In this document: one piece after another, positions 13,093 to 27,800 of the stretch
How positions within the stretch are numbered: the stretch's first letter is position 1
Layout: each line of letters begins with the position of its first letter
Notes under the pieces: generated by a model
What the model was told of the DNA's origin: nothing
What the model saw: only the letters and a program-made list of their open reading frames with translations
Database searches by the model: none
Source: Flaccisagitta enflata
Taxonomy: Eukaryota
Direction: 5' to 3'
NCBI GenBank assembly: GCA_965153355.1
Contig: OZ231126.1
Coordinates: 16,492,001-16,556,000, forward strand
Length of the DNA: 64,000 bases
Position numbers and translations under genes: made by a program

Positions 13093-13667
13093 CCTAGGTG
13101 TTGCAATACGTTTTTCCTAGGTAGTATCATTGTATATCATTTTAATTTGCAACGTCGTCTGCGATAAAATTTTGATTGCTTCTTTTCCCTTTCATTTCCA
13201 TTTTAATATCATTAGATTGAGCAACAATTCTTATGTTTAACGCCAAAAGAAAAAAAAGCCAAAAAACTCGGTTATGATTATTATTTTCTTTTGCAACATC
13301 GACTGTACAATCTTAATTGCATCTCTATTTTCTATGTCTAGTGTCTATTTTCAACGACGTTTTGAAGTAAAGTTTATTACTTTGTGTTTTGCCCACGAAT
13401 TCAAACATAAACGAACTTAAACATTAATGTAAGAATAAAAACGTAAAAAAGATTGTCTTGAATACTTTATCTTTAATGTGTGGAAGTATATTCACCAGTG
13501 TCTATTACAACCTAAATGATGCTTGTTGGGGGCATGTTAGTTTCTGGAAAAATTAGTTACTGGACTGGCTTTCTTAATTTTGTTAAAATCGTCGGGATTG
13601 TTAACTTCTTTTAGGTCTGTTCAATGTTCCAAAAGTAAAAATTCCAGCATCTTCCCCCTGAATTCTA

Positions 13668-14292
13668 CAGTGCGGCGCATAAATAAGTAGCCAGTACTTT
13701 CAAAAGCTAATTGTATCAGTTCTGGCACTTTAAAACACTTGAAATCTGTGAGATTTTTAAAGATCTTCAAAAGTTCTACTAATCTAGCCCAATCCCAGAC
13801 TTATATCTCAATTTGCCAGGAATTTATACATGTTCAAAGAGGAGAAGTAATTTAGAAAAATCTATCACTGAACAACTACAGGCAAAATACAAAATGGACT
13901 TAGTTTTTCTTTGATAGATCAAAAACAAATCATGATAAAGACTTCAAATCCATGAGCATTTTAAAGAGCTTCAAAAACTCTACAAATCTAGTCCAATCAG
14001 AGATTTGTAGCTTGATTCGTTTTCAAATGACATCAGTTTAACGAAAACAACGCAGTTTTCTGATTATCAAAAAGGAGCTGATTTTTTGTCCCTTTTTCCC
14101 GACATGGTTTTGATATGCTTCTATTCAAACTAACGTCACTTCTAAACAAAAAGAGCCACAAACTTGGGATTGGTCTCAAGTTAAAGAAAATCAAAAATCC
14201 TATAAAATTATCACCAATAAATTTATCCTATCATTTCTAGAATAAGTAAAATAGTCTTTACAAAAGTGGCTACTTATTTATGCGCCTCACTG
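13668..14292. mobile_element. Tc1/mariner-type MITE
   Basis: TA|cagtgcggcgcataaataagtagcca ... tggctacttatttatgcgcctcactg|TA. Confidence 0.85.
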
Positions 14293-14359
14293 TAGACAGC
14301 AAAGGCAATAAAGCCAAGCGAAATCGTAGTCGCTGAACAGTAGTTAATCATCCTAATCA

Positions 14360-14429
14360 GACCAATGGATTGGCGTACTGTAGCAATTCAAGCTTAGTTT
14401 AGGCACTAGAAACTTTGTTTTGAGCCTAG

Positions 14430-14503
<74 letters not shown>

Positions 14504-14766
14504 TCTTCGAGCTCTCCGACTGATCCGGGACGACACCTCTCTCGAAGGACTGAAAACATGGCGAAGACCGATGCCAAGCAGAAAAAGCAGACGGAGCAAC
14601 AATGACTGAGTCTAGCTATGGCAGGGGAGGAAGTGATCTAATGTCGTTTGGTTAAAGCTTCCGATTACACATGTATGTTAAACCCATAGCTGCATCGTCC
14701 ATTTGATGGATACGCTAACATCGGTTTTACCGGAAGTTGTTACTCCGATGTCTCCTCGACGATAAT
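14360..14766 (+). promoter_or_regulatory. Probable gcl promoter/5' leader
   Basis: Paired CCAAT/ATTGG, (CT)n tract, YY1-like aacatggcg (~14555) and ETS-like ccggaagt (14730) just upstream of the ATG in CpG-rich sequence. Motif-level evidence only. Confidence 0.4.
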
Positions 14767-15348
14767 ATGGGTAACTACCTCCGCGCCGCTCCCCCTCCGG
14801 AAGTTCCACGACCCGGCCACGTCATCGGTCCGGAAGCCGCCGGTGGATCTCGCCGTCCCTCGCTCAACTCGGCTCTAGACGAAATCGATCTTTCCACGTC
14901 TCATCGGACTCCTAGGAAGCGCAAGAAGGGCCATCACGCGTTTGACGTGTCCTTCGAGGATGGCGCCGATTCGAAAATGAACACGCCCACGCGGAAGAAA
15001 TTGAAAAATACATCTCGATACATTTACGAGACTTTATTTCAAAATGGACAAGACAGCGACGTCACCATCAAAGCTCTAGGAAACACTTGGCGGTTGCATA
15101 AAGTATATCTCTGCCAATCGCCGTATTTTAACTCGATGTTTAGCGGTAATTGGGCGGAAACGAATCGTAGAGAAATCGACATCAGCGTCCCGGACCCTAA
15201 CGTGACGCGTGAGGCTTTAGAAGTGGCTTTTGGGTCGTTATATCGCGATGAAGTTTCCATTCGGCCCATCGAAGCGGAGAGTCTTGTCGCCGCCGCGTCG
15301 TTGCTGCAGCTTGATACGCTCATACAACACTGCGAAGACGTTATGAAG
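14767..15348 (+). CDS. gcl: Germ cell-less (BTB/BACK Cullin-3 adaptor), exon 1
   Basis: MGNY start (myristoylation-type), basic NLS, TPTRKKLKNTSRYIYETLFQNGQDSDVTIKALGNTWRLHKVYLCQSPYFNSMFSGNW closely matches recalled GMCL1; gt donor at 15349. Confidence 0.93.
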
Positions 15349-15514
15349 GTGTGTTTGTGTGTGCAGCGTGACTGCTTTCTGGTGCATGGTGGAACAGTAG
15401 AAAACGATCGGAAAGGGAAGTAAGGAAAGCCGGAACTTTGTCACGTAGTTTTACAATCATTATCATTCATTCTTACATTCATTTATTCATTCTTTCATTT
15501 TCTCATCTTCTTAG

Positions 15515-15706
15515 GAGAATATCGGTCCTCAGACTGTGACTAGCTTCTTTGACGCGGCAGTGACTTACGGCATTCCTACGCTGCGCCGAGAATGCTTTTC
15601 TTGGCTCTTGAAGAATTTGATGACTTCCTCTCCCGAATTTTTGGCGGGAATCTCGTTGGAACTGATGACCGAGTTGGTGGATAATGCAGACCTTTTCGTA
15701 ATGCAA
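15515..15706 (+). CDS. gcl: Germ cell-less exon 2 (BACK domain)
   Basis: ttag acceptor, gtaagg donor; ENIGPQTVTSFFDAAVTYG...WLLKNLM...DLFVMQ. Confidence 0.92.
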
Positions 15707-16305
15707 GTAAGGCAGAATCGAAATAAGGATGGGGAGGAGGAAGAGGTAGAGGAGTGGGTAGTGAGGGCGGTACCAAGTAGATCGGTAACAAGTTTCTGGA
15801 TTTCAAAACAAAAACCGCCAGACAAACGATGTTGTATGATCGTTTGTGGGGTGAATGATCCATACAGATAGTGGTGATTAGTGAAATGGATTTAGGAGTT
15901 GATGAAGAGCTTATGAAAGTTGAAACAACATTGCCCTTATAAAAGGAGGCCAGAATTCTCCAATTAACAAAGGATGAAAGCCTTGCAAGCTTTCAATGGT
16001 GTTTACTCCGGATTGCTCACAACTATCCTTTACTACTGACAAACAAAAGCCCACCTGACAAAACACTCAGCTTGACTGCATACCTCATTAGTATAGGGTT
16101 GGACAGGCTTATACCATTTAGTATACACAAAATATCTTACAATCTTATGTAATTGGAGGCTTGGTACCCATGGTGATCTTTTTCTTGTTTCATTTTTTTG
16201 GACGACAATGATTGGAATTGCATTGCCTGTAGCTTAATTTTAGTTGGTGTTCTACTTCCTCGTAATTCCTGGTTCCATGTTTCAAGATTCCATCCATCCT
16301 TTAAG

Positions 16306-16626
16306 GTTGAAATGGACGTCTACACTCTCCTGAAGAAGTGGTTATTTCTCCGCCTTTGTTCGGATTGGCTCCGCGAAAATCGTCCGGCTTCTCCGGAAGT
16401 GACATCAACGGCTTCATCCGGCGCCGATCCTTCATCCACTTGGGCCAAGAGTCTGGCGTCGGCGGCGGAGCTTCATCTCGCCACACTCATCGCTTCTTCT
16501 TCCAACAAGGACGATGATAAGGCGCTGCTGGAACGAGACGTTGGCAGGCCGTTCGCGCGAGTGTTCCGGCGCTTGCGCATTCAGCATATTATTAATGATA
16601 ACAATTCGCTGAACATATTGGAAAAG
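16306..16626 (+). CDS. gcl: Germ cell-less exon 3; later exons not seen (assembly gap follows)
   Basis: VEMDVYTLLKKWLFL...GRPFARVFRRLRIQHIIND...LEK, gttagt donor, phase 0 throughout. Confidence 0.92.
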
Positions 16627-16995
16627 GTTAGTGACTTGTAGTTGTGGTTCATGTGAGCTTGATTTACTTTCTTTTTGCCACATTTTGCTTTTCTATATAT
16701 CTTTCCACCTTTCTAGTTATCTTCCCGCCCTTCTTTCTTTCCGCCTTTCTTCTTATCTTCTCACCTTTCTATCTTTCCGCCTATCTAACTTTCTGCCTTT
16801 CTATCTATCTGCCTTTGTCTTTCTACCTTAATATCTCTCTCTCTATCTAACTGCCTTACAATCAATCTGCCTTACCATCTTTCTGCCTTACCATCTTTCT
16901 GCCTTACCATCTTTCTGCCTTTCCATCTTTCTACCTTTCCATCTTTCTACCTTTCCATCTTTCTGCCTTTCCATTATAAGTGGCTATTCTGGGAG

Positions 16996-17028
16996 NNNNN
17001 NNNNNNNNNNNNNNNNNNNNNNNNNNNN
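16996..17028. other. Assembly gap (33 N)
   Basis: Run of N. Confidence 1.
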
Positions 17029-18133
17029 CAATAACATGTCAGAGAGACAAAGAGAAGAGACTGAATGAGATTTGAATCTACAAAGACTTTACAAAGAGAA
17101 TGATTCCAATAAATGAATCCGGACGTTGAGGGACGTGCTACAGTTGAGTGTACTGTCAAATCATGTGTGCGTGTTTTTGAACCATGTTGTTCACCATATG
17201 ATGAGTCACACGCATCGTCCTCGTCATATCTACGAAAGGATGGAATAGGAGGAGAATTCGCACGAGTCTACGGGTAAGTTAATCGGTCAGGTAAGAGAAC
17301 CTTCGTGAATCTTGTGGTACCTTATCTGAAGGTAATCCTCGTAATCCGGACGGTTATGAAGATGATCCGAAAGGCTCGTGACATGTTGAAGTTGTCTCGA
17401 TTATACCTGATTACGGATTAGTTCACCTTTTCTTTGCACAATGAAAAAAAAGCATAGAAAATGACACGTTAAATTTAGAATTCTCCGCGCTAGGTAGTCC
17501 TGTTAATGTGTCTCCATAATAGATTTGAAGAAAATTTAGTACATTGGAGGCTAATTATGGCGCTTTCAAGAACCGCTTTGAAAAGGAAATTACGAAACTC
17601 GAAACGTCAGAAACTTGAGAAAGAATGACAAGTTAGATGTCTTATACGGCGGTGGATTAACGAAAATGAAGACTCAGCACAAACTGAGAGGGACGCAGGA
17701 GTCTATAAAAACATAGAGGGCATATTCATCGTCCAATCACCGCCAAGCATCATCTCATTGCGCTTTCTTTATACAAATCGGATAGTGACATCTCATCATG
17801 CATTCAGAAAACGAAACGGATGTCGCCATGTAGAGGACAGTCCAAAACAAAACACGTCACATCTCATCAGGAATTCGTAAAACGAAAGAGACAGTGACAT
17901 TGCATGAAATTCGTCAAACGCATGACATTCTGGTCTCTTGAAACGCGGCACATGGCGACATCTCATTGGGCATTCTCCAAACGAAACAAAAGAGAAAGCT
18001 TTTAAGGATTTCGATTTTGACGGAAAATGCTTCGAGAGATTGAATATCAAGCGAGCAAACGCTAGAAAGGCCTTTTTGAAATCCACACCAGGCCAGGTTG
18101 CAGATAGACAAACCGCAGAATCAAATATGACGC

Positions 18134-18209
<76 letters not shown>

Positions 18210-19739
18210 GAAGAGAATCTTAAAAGAGACAAAGAAGGAATGGTTTGCGTATTAACTAGGATGGACAAAAAAGTACGAAGCTCTAGGGCGGCTTACCAGC
18301 TAGCACGAGAGTATCTTGACCTTTGAGAGAAGACCACCTAATGAATGAATCTGCCTGATGAACAATTTCGTCTGATGAACAATCCTGTCTGATGTACAAT
18401 GCCGTCTGTTATACGTTTCCGTGATGCATAGACATTTTTTTTATAAGAAACAAGTTAATAAGAACGTTCAAATCGTCAAAAATTTAAGAACATGCTAAAA
18501 CATTGGAAGGCTTTATTTTTTCAAGAATGAAAGAACAAGTTCAAAATCTGAAAAAATTTAGAACATTTTTTTCTGGGCGTTTTCTTAATCGATTATTGGT
18601 AAATAGACGCTGTATCTTTTCTGTTCAGCAAATCATGTCTCACTTTATATAGTGTTTATCTTTCTACTTTTATTGATTTTAACATTTTTTAAAACGCTTG
18701 AATCTGCTGCTTTTCTGTTTCATTGACATTTTCTTTTTTTCTTCTCCTGAATGACAAACTCAACTAATTTGTTGAAGTTTAAAAACTTTGTTTAAATTAA
18801 AAACAATTTAAAAACAGTTTAACCTTGAAACCGCTAGATATTTAGGAACATTGAAGGCTTGCCAAAAAATGATGTTCTTATGAAAACAAGGCCGGATACA
18901 CGGCAATCCAGTCGCGGACGGTTGGGCAGGAGCAGTAATGCGAAAACCGCTTGGAATTCAAAAATGTGACGGACCGACGGACCGACGTATCTACCGACGG
19001 ACACGGCAAGGTGTAGAGTCGCGTGTCCGCGACTAAAAAGTGTATGACGAGTGCTAAGGTGACGTAGGCGCGAATTGAAGAAATCGTGTGCTTGTATATA
19101 GTTACATATCCCCCCCCCTCACTTTGCAAGGGGGAATCAAATAGAATTAAAGGATCCGTAATTGGGAAGGCCATCAAAGGGCAGAAAATTCTAAAGAAGG
19201 TACATAAGATTCCACTTACCTAACCACTTTTTTGTAAAAGAACAACATTACAACACAAAGGTTTTATGGGGGAGTAAATTAAATGTACTAAGAACCCGCG
19301 CGGAAGAAAATCAAAGGACCGTGGGGGGGGGGGGGAATGAGACCAATAGACATGCAGCTTAATCCACTCCTGAGAAACCAACAACCGTAGATGAAAAAAC
19401 CAAGTTCTGTAAATGGAAAGGTAGAAGCAACAAGTAGTATAAATAGACAAATAATTCAATCCATTCGCAGTTGCCAAAAAAAACAAGTTCTAAATAGATA
19501 CAGAAGATATTGTCTAGAATTGAGATACCGCAATGGGGGCAAGCATTGGGGACAATCGTGCGAAGCGTAGGCTGCACTTGCTGACGCCAATAGTGAGAAT
19601 GATCTACACAGCCTCCAGAAGATTTTTAAGTTGCCCCCGAGGGTGAGGAATATCGGCTGCTTGGCGGCATTGACGGAGTGGTTGCAGAATGGGGATGTTG
19701 AGAGTTGATTGAGGTCGGTCTGACGATGCTGTGAGTTGG

Positions 19740-20540
19740 TTTTGGCGACGATTGGATGAACTCTGTTGTTGTTGTCGGCGTTTTTTCGGCGGCTCGAGGG
19801 CGTCGACAAAAGAGGCTGTTAAAGCTGTTGTAGTTAGCCCACGATAATAAAATTAATACAGCACAGAGTGTTAGCCGTACACTAGCTGGTATTAAAATTT
19901 GATGGAGCTGCTGCAAAGGGTTCGGCGGTAATCAATGTTCAAAGTTGGCGTCGTGGCGGCGGCTCGAGGACGTCGACGAAAACGGCTGCTAGCACGGCTG
20001 TGGTTGACCGACGATGTTAAATTTGATAAAGCACGTAGTGTTAGGTGTAGACTAGCTGCTGTTAGGATTTGACGGAGCTGCTGTAAGAGGTTTGGCGTCA
20101 GTTTGCCCGCAAAGTCGTAGGCGGCGGCGGCGGAGGTTCGAGGACGCCGAGAAAAACGTTCACTGCGGCCGTGGTTGTGACCCGATCACAATAAAATTTA
20201 GTATGCACGTAGTTCAGGTCATAGACTAGCTTGTCTAAAATTTTTACAAAGCTGATGTGAAGGGTTCGGCTTTAGCATGCTCGCGAAGTTGGCGGCACGA
20301 CGACGGTTTGACGACGTCGACGAAAACGGCTGTCCACGCGCATGAGAACGTCCGAGGAAGCTGAGATTTGAACTGCAGATGCTCCTTGATGTCGACTATC
20401 ACTGTACCAAGTTTTGTGACGATCCGAGTCACGGTTCGGTGTTGGCGCGTCATCAAAGTTGGCGTCTCGGCGTCCGGCGGCTGTGGATGCGAAGGACGAG
20501 TCGACAAGCTGCTGCAGGCTGCTGGGGATGACGTCGACGG
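19740..20540. repeat. Diverged GC-rich tandem repeat, ~172 bp period, 4-5 units
   Basis: Recurrent ggcggctcgagg..cgtcgac.aaa..ggctg anchors near 19801, 19971, 20143, 20315, 20499. Confidence 0.75.
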
Positions 20541-21819
20541 TCGTGATGGCGAGGGGAACGTTGGATGTAGTAACATGCTCGGATTGAAGTCTCTCGGATA
20601 TACATATACAATGATATACATATGTCATTGCGTGATTGTTTATCAAAGATGGCCTTGTGAACCCTATTTTAGTAGTTGATACGCGCACCATTCCTAGTTT
20701 TGTATTTAAATTAAAACAACCCCCTCTAACTCCCAAACACACGTATGGCATCTCAAATACACGTTTACTTCCTGACTTGATCATTGTAGAGCATTGGACA
20801 GACAACACCACTTCATAAGTCGCTAGTCCGCGATTGAAAATAGAGAAGCAAAAAACTGTTGCCCATGATGTTGAAATAAATCGATTCACCCGAGGGCAGC
20901 ATCTCTTTAGGAGTCTAACCCATAATAATTCCGTTGCATGCATGCTTATACGCGCACCGCTTATGTAGCTTTATACACGATATTGATAAGCAAAAAACTA
21001 GTGCTGTAAACATTTTTTACAGCAGCTAACCGACATGCATCATTTACATTTAAAACAAGGCTGAACACACGGCAATCCAGTCGCCAAAACCACTCTCAAT
21101 TCGAAAATATTGGACGGACCGATCGACGGACACGGTAAGGTGCAGAGTCGCTTGTCCGCGACTAAAAATATTCCAAACTTCGTTTTTCTGGAAAAAAAAA
21201 GATGAGGAACACGGTATGGCATACAGAATTGCATGAAAAAAGAGTATGGCAGGTATTGCAACTATAGGAGGTAAATGAGCGTGATTAAATCACAAAGACA
21301 TGGCATCATATACTTTTACATTAACCATGACTATTGGATAGTGACTGGCAGGCGGGTCCACGATGCAGCGTTGGAACTGTTCCTGCAAGCTCATGCCAAA
21401 AATAATTCAAAATTTAAAAATGGATATAATATTTTAAAGAGCCCAAACCTCGGGAAATAATTAGCAGGACAAATAAAGATGGGAAGAGCCAACAAAATGG
21501 AAGAGCACCGAGGAGGAAGAGAACTAACGAGGAAGAGAGCTGGCATTTAATATCAGCATCATTACGATCCATTAGTTGTCATTAAGGTTCTAGCCAACGA
21601 GATAGGGCTGAAATGAAATTTTGTCTTGAGTAATCAATGTACATAAGTTTCCCACAATCAAACTCAATAAACTTATGAATTGTAATAAATCATAATGGTT
21701 AATGATGCTGATTTTTCATTACAACTCATTTGGGCCCATTTTAACCCTGAACTGTAATGATTTAATGGGTTATAATAACTAGTGATGCTGACTTGTCATA
21801 ACAACCGATTATGTCGGAA

Positions 21820-24800
21820 ATTTTAATTGGATTGGAATGAGTTGGAACAAACTGGAATGAGTTAGAATAAATTGAAATGGTTTGCAATGACACAAACACT
21901 GATTTCAGTACAATTGGAATGGGTTGGAATGCATTGGAATGGGTTGCAATGAGATAAAGGTTGATTTTGATAGAAATTTCAGCAGGATTGGAATGGGTTT
22001 GGAATGAGTTGGAATGAAATAACCATTGAAAGCCATTACAACTCATTCCAACCCATTCCAGGTTGTTAAAACTGAGTCTAAATCCCCTGTTAAACCCCTA
22101 CCTCTTAGCCCCTCCCAATCAAGAAACTGAACCATAATTATAACTAAAGATAATTTTCATTCAGGCTCTACACCTTAGGGTGGGGCTCGAATGACAACCT
22201 GAATGGACTTGAATGAAATCTTCAAACTGAAGAATTATTATCCTTTGAGTTAGTTCCTTTAGAATGGGAGGGGCTAAAAGGTAGGGCTTTAGGGATTTGT
22301 GACTAATTGGAATGAATTGGAATGGATTGAAATGGGTTGGAATGGCTGAAATAATATAAAAAGATTAAGAAAGAAACATCAACAGGATTTTGAATGGCTG
22401 AATGAGTTGAATGAAAGTTGGAATGAATTGGAATGGGCTGGAATGAATTGGAATGGGTTGGGAATGGGTTGGAATGAATTGGAATAACATAAAGGTGATT
22501 TTGATAGAAACATCAATAGATTTGAGTGGCTGAATGGTTGGAATGAATATGGAGATATGGACTCAATTGGAATGAATTGGAATGAATTTGAATGAATTGG
22601 AATGGGTTGGAATGAATTGGAATGAGTTTCAATGACATAAGGGGTGATTTTGATGGAAATTTCAGCAGGATTGGAATGAGTTGGAATGAAATAACCGTTG
22701 AAAGCCATTACAACTCATTCCAACCCATTCCAATCCATTCAGGCAGTTTAAACTGAGTCTAAATCCCCCGTTAAACCCCTACCTCTTAGCCCCTCCCAAT
22801 CAAGAAACTGAACCATAATGATAACTAAAGAAAATTTTCATTCAGGCTCTACACCTTAGGGTAGAGCCCGAATGACAACCTGAATGGACTTGAATGAAAT
22901 CTTTAAATTGAAGAATTATTGGTCCTTTTTGAGTTGAGTTCTGGAATGGGGAGGGGCCAAAGGTAGGGTTTATAGATTAGGACCACTGGGAATGAATTGG
23001 AATGGATTGGAATGAATTGGAAGATTGGAATGAGTTGGAATGAGTTGGAATAACATAGGGTGATTTTGAAAGAAATATCAACAGGATTTGAATGGGTTGG
23101 AATGAGTTGGAATGAATTGGAATGGGTTGGAATGAATTGGAATGAGTTTCAATGACATAAGGGGTGATTTTGATGGAAATTTCAGCAGGATTGGAATGAG
23201 TTGGAATGAAAAACCGTTGAAAGCCATTACAACTCATTCCAACCCATTCCAATCCATTCAGGTTGTTAAAATTGAGTCTAAATCCCCCGTTAAACCCCTA
23301 CCTCTTAGCCCCTCCCAATCAAGAAACTGAACCGTAATGATAACTAAAGAAAATTTTCATTCAGGCTCTACACCTTAGGGTAGAGCCCGAATGACAACCT
23401 GAATGGACTTGAATGAAATCTTCAAATTGAAGAATTATTGGTCCTTTTGAGTTGAGTTCTTAGAATGGGAGGGGCTAAAAGGTAGGGGTTTATAGGGGGA
23501 TTTAGACTCAATTGGAATGAATTGGAATGAATTGGAATGGATTGGAATGGGTTGGAATGGGTTGGAATGAATTGGAATAACATAAAGGGTGATTTTGATA
23601 GAAACATCAACAGGATTTGAATGGGTTGGAATGAGTTGGAATGAATTGGAATGAATTGGAGTGGGTTGGAATGAATTGGAATGGGTTGGAATGAATTAAA
23701 TGGGCTATTGAATGAGTTTCAATGACATAAGTAAGGATTTTGATGGAAATTTCAGATTGATTAAGTTGGAATGAGTTGAAATGAATGAAATAACCGTTGA
23801 AAGCCATTACAGCTCATTCCAACCCATTCCAATCAATTCAGGTTATGAAAATTGAATCTAAATCCCCCGCTAAACCCCTACCTCTTAGCCCCTCCCAATC
23901 AAGAAACTGAACCATAATGGTAATGATCAAAGAAAATTCTCATTCAGGCTCTTACACCCAGGGTAGAGCCCAATGACAACCTGAATGGACTTGAATGGAA
24001 AAAATTCTTCACTGAAGAATTATTGGTCCTTGGAGTTGAGTTCCTATGAATGGAGGGGCTGTACAGTAGGGGTTTATAGGATTTAGACTCAATTGGAATG
24101 AATTGGAATTAATTGGAATGGATTGGAATGGATTGGAATGGGTTGGAATGGTTGTAGAAGGTTGAATGTGGGTTGGAAATGAATTGAATAATATAAAGGG
24201 TGATTTTGATAGAAACATCAAGGCAGATTTTGATGGAAACATCAATTGGGTTGGAATGAATTGGAATGGGTTGGAATGAATTGGAATGGGTTGGAATGAA
24301 TTGGAATGATTTCAATGACATAAGGGGTGATTTTGATGTCATTCCAATTCATTCCAACCCATTCCAACCCATTCCAATCCATTCCAATTCATTCCAATTG
24401 AGTCTAAATCCCCCTATAAACCCCTACCTTTTAGCCCCTCCCATTCTAGGAACTCAACTCAAAAGGACCAATAATTCTTCAATTTGAAGATTTCATTCAA
24501 GTCCATTCAGGTTGTCATTCGGGCTCTACCCTAAGGTGTAGAGCCTGAATGAAAATTTTCTTTAGTTATCATTATGGTTCAGTTTCTTGATTGGGAGGGG
24601 CTAAGAGGTAGGGGTTTAACGGGGGATTTAGACTCAATTTTACCAACCTGAATGGATTGGAATGGGTTGGAATGAGTTGTAATGGCTTTACCCATTATTT
24701 CATTCAACCTATTCAACCCATTTCTGTCTCGTTGAAATTTCATCAAAATCACCTTATGTCATTGAAACTCATTCCACCATTCCAACCCATTCCACCATTC

Positions 24801-27800
24801 CAGCTCATTCCACTCATTCCAACCCTATTCCAATTATTCTTATCCTATTCTAATTCATTCAACTCATTCCGAAATTCATTCAATCCTGTTATTGTTTCTA
24901 TAAAATCACTTTTATGTTATTCCCACTCATTCCAACCCATTCCAATCCATTCAAATTCATTCCACTTCATTCCAATTGAGTCCAAATCTCTCTATAAACT
25001 CTTACCTTTTAGCTCCTCCCATTCTAGGAACCCAACTCTGCAGGACCAATAATTCTTCAATTTGAAGATTTCATTCAAGTCCATTCAGAACATTCGGGCC
25101 TACCCTAAGGTGCAGCAGGAGCTCCTGAATGAAAATTTTCAAGCTAATGCACTTTCTGCGGAACTGTTTCTGATTGAGCAAGATAGGCTTTCAACGGGGA
25201 TTTAGACTACTTTCGCCAACCTGAATGGATTAATGTTAATGAGCAATGCTTTCAACGGTTATTTCATTCCAACTCATTTCAACTCCATTCCAACTTGTTG
25301 AAATTTCTTCAAAAAATCACCTCCTTATGTCATTGAAACTTCATTCCAATCTGGCTCCAACTCATTCCAACCCATTCCAATACATTCCAACCCATTTCCA
25401 TCAAAATCACCCATTCTATTATTGAAACTCATTCTAATGCATTCCAATTCATTCCAACCCATTCAGATTCATTCCAACTCATTCCGATAATTCATTCCAA
25501 CTCATTCAACCTGCTATCTAAATCCTGTTGGAAGTCTCTTTACTAAAATCACCTCTTATGTTATTCCACCTATTCCTTGTAACCCATTCCAACTCATTCT
25601 TAACCCATTCCACCATTTGTCTGAGTCTAAATCTCTATAAACCTCTCGCCTTTAGCCCCTCCCATTCTAGGAACTCAACTCAAAAGGACCAATAATTCTT
25701 CACTCTGAAGATTTCATTCTAGTCCATTCTGGTAGTCATTCGCGCTCTACCCTAAGGTGTAGAGCCTGAATGAAAATTTTCTTTTTAGTTGGACTAGGTG
25801 GTTCAGTTTTTTGATTGAGGCTAAGAGGTAGGGGTTTAACGGGGGATTTAGACTCAATTTTAACAACCTGAATGGATTGGAATGGGTTGGAATGAGCTTT
25901 CAGAATATTTTCAATTCCAGGTTATTTCATTCCAACTCGCCCAACCTATTTACCCTGCTGAAATTACCAAAAAATCACCTCTTAAAAGTCATTGAAAACT
26001 CATTCCAATTGGGTCTCCAACCCATTCCAGTCTTGCCCAGCTCATTCCAATTATTCCTGCCCATTCCAATTCATTCCAACCATTCACCTATTTCAAACTT
26101 TATTCCACCCATTCCAACTCATTCAAATCCTGTTGATGTTTCTTATAAAAATCACTCTTGTTATTCCAATTATTCTATGTTATTCCAATTCATTCCAACT
26201 CATTCCAATTCATTCCACCTGAGTCTAAATCCCCCTATAAACCCCTACCTTTTAGCCCCTCCCATTCTAGGAGCTCAACTCAAAAGGACCAATAATTCTT
26301 CAATTTGAAGATTTCATTCAAGTCCATTCAGGTTGTCATTCGGGCTCTACCCTCAGGTGTAGAGCCTGAATGGTTCTTTTTTTTAGTTATCACTATGGTT
26401 CAGTTTCTTGATTGAGAGAGGCTAAGAGGTAGGGGTTTAACGGGGGATTTAGACTCAATTTTATCAACCTGAATGGATTTGACTGAGTTGTAATGAACTG
26501 TATTGACTTTCAACGGCTATTCCATTCCAACAAATTCCAATCCTTTTGTTATTACTATCAAAATCACCCCTAATGTCATTCCAACCCATTCTAATTCATT
26601 CCAACCCATTCCTACTCATTCCAACCCATTTAAATCCTGCTGATGTTTCTATCAAAATCACCCTTTATGTTATTCCAATTCATTCCAACCCATTCCAATC
26701 CATTCCTATTCATTCCAACCCATTCTGATTCATTCCAAGCCATTCCAACTCATTCCAACCCATTCAAATCCTGTTGATGTTTCTATCAAAATCACCCTTT
26801 ATGTTATTCCAATTCATTCCAACCCATTCCAACCCATTCAGATTCATTCCAACCCATTCAGATTCATTCCAACCCATTCCAATTCATTCCAACTCATTCC
26901 AACCCATTCAAATCCTGTTGATGTTTCTATCAAAATCACCCTTTATGTTATTCCAACCCATTCCAGGAACTCCACTCAACAGAACCAATAATTCATCCAT
27001 TTGAAGATTCCATTCGAGTTCATTAAAGCTCTCATTAAAGCCCTACCCTTAGGTGCCGATTCTGAATCAAATCTAAAAATGATTACCAATATGTTTTCAA
27101 TTTGAAGATTTCATCAATATCCATTCAGGTTGTCATTCGGGCTCTACCCTAAGGTGTAGAGCCTGAATGAAAATTTTCTTTAGTTATCATTATGGTTCAG
27201 TTTCTTGATTGGGAGGGGCCGCCAAGAGGTAGGGCTTAACGGGATTCAACTCAATTTTACCCTGATGATGAACAAGGGGAAACTGAGTTATAATGGCTTT
27301 CAACGGTTATTTCATTCCAACTTGCCCAACTCATTTCAATCCTGTTTAAATTCTTTCAACGGTTATTTCATTCCAACTCATTTCAACCCATTCCAATCCT
27401 GCTGAAATTTCCTTCAAAATCACCCCTTATGTCATTCAAACTGATTCCAACTCATTCCAACTCATTCCTACCCAGTCCAATCCATTCCATCCCATTCCAA
27501 CCCATTCCAATTCATTCCAACTCATTCCAACCCATTCAAATCCTGTTGATGTTTTTATCAAAATCACCCTTTATGTTATTCCAACCCATTCCAACCCATT
27601 CTAATTCATTCCAATCTGTTAAAATTGAGTCTAAATCCTTATAAACCCCTACCTTTTAGCCCCTATCAATCTAGGAACCGAACCAAAATGACTCAAAAAT
27701 TTTCATTTGGCATTTCCTTCAGAGCCTCTAGGACAACTGCCTGAAATTTAATGTAAGCCTCAAAGAGCCTGAATGGTTCTTTCAAGTTGAGTCACTGGTT

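Larger units (their letters stand above)
11121..13124 (+). mobile_element. Decayed Tc1 transposon with nested insertions
   Basis: TA|ctacctagga..gtattgcaaca ... tgttgcaatac..tcctaggtag|TA; transposase remnants DLNPIEN (~11921) and KLYKSMPKRMEAVIQAQGGHTK (~12271-12340). Confidence 0.85.
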
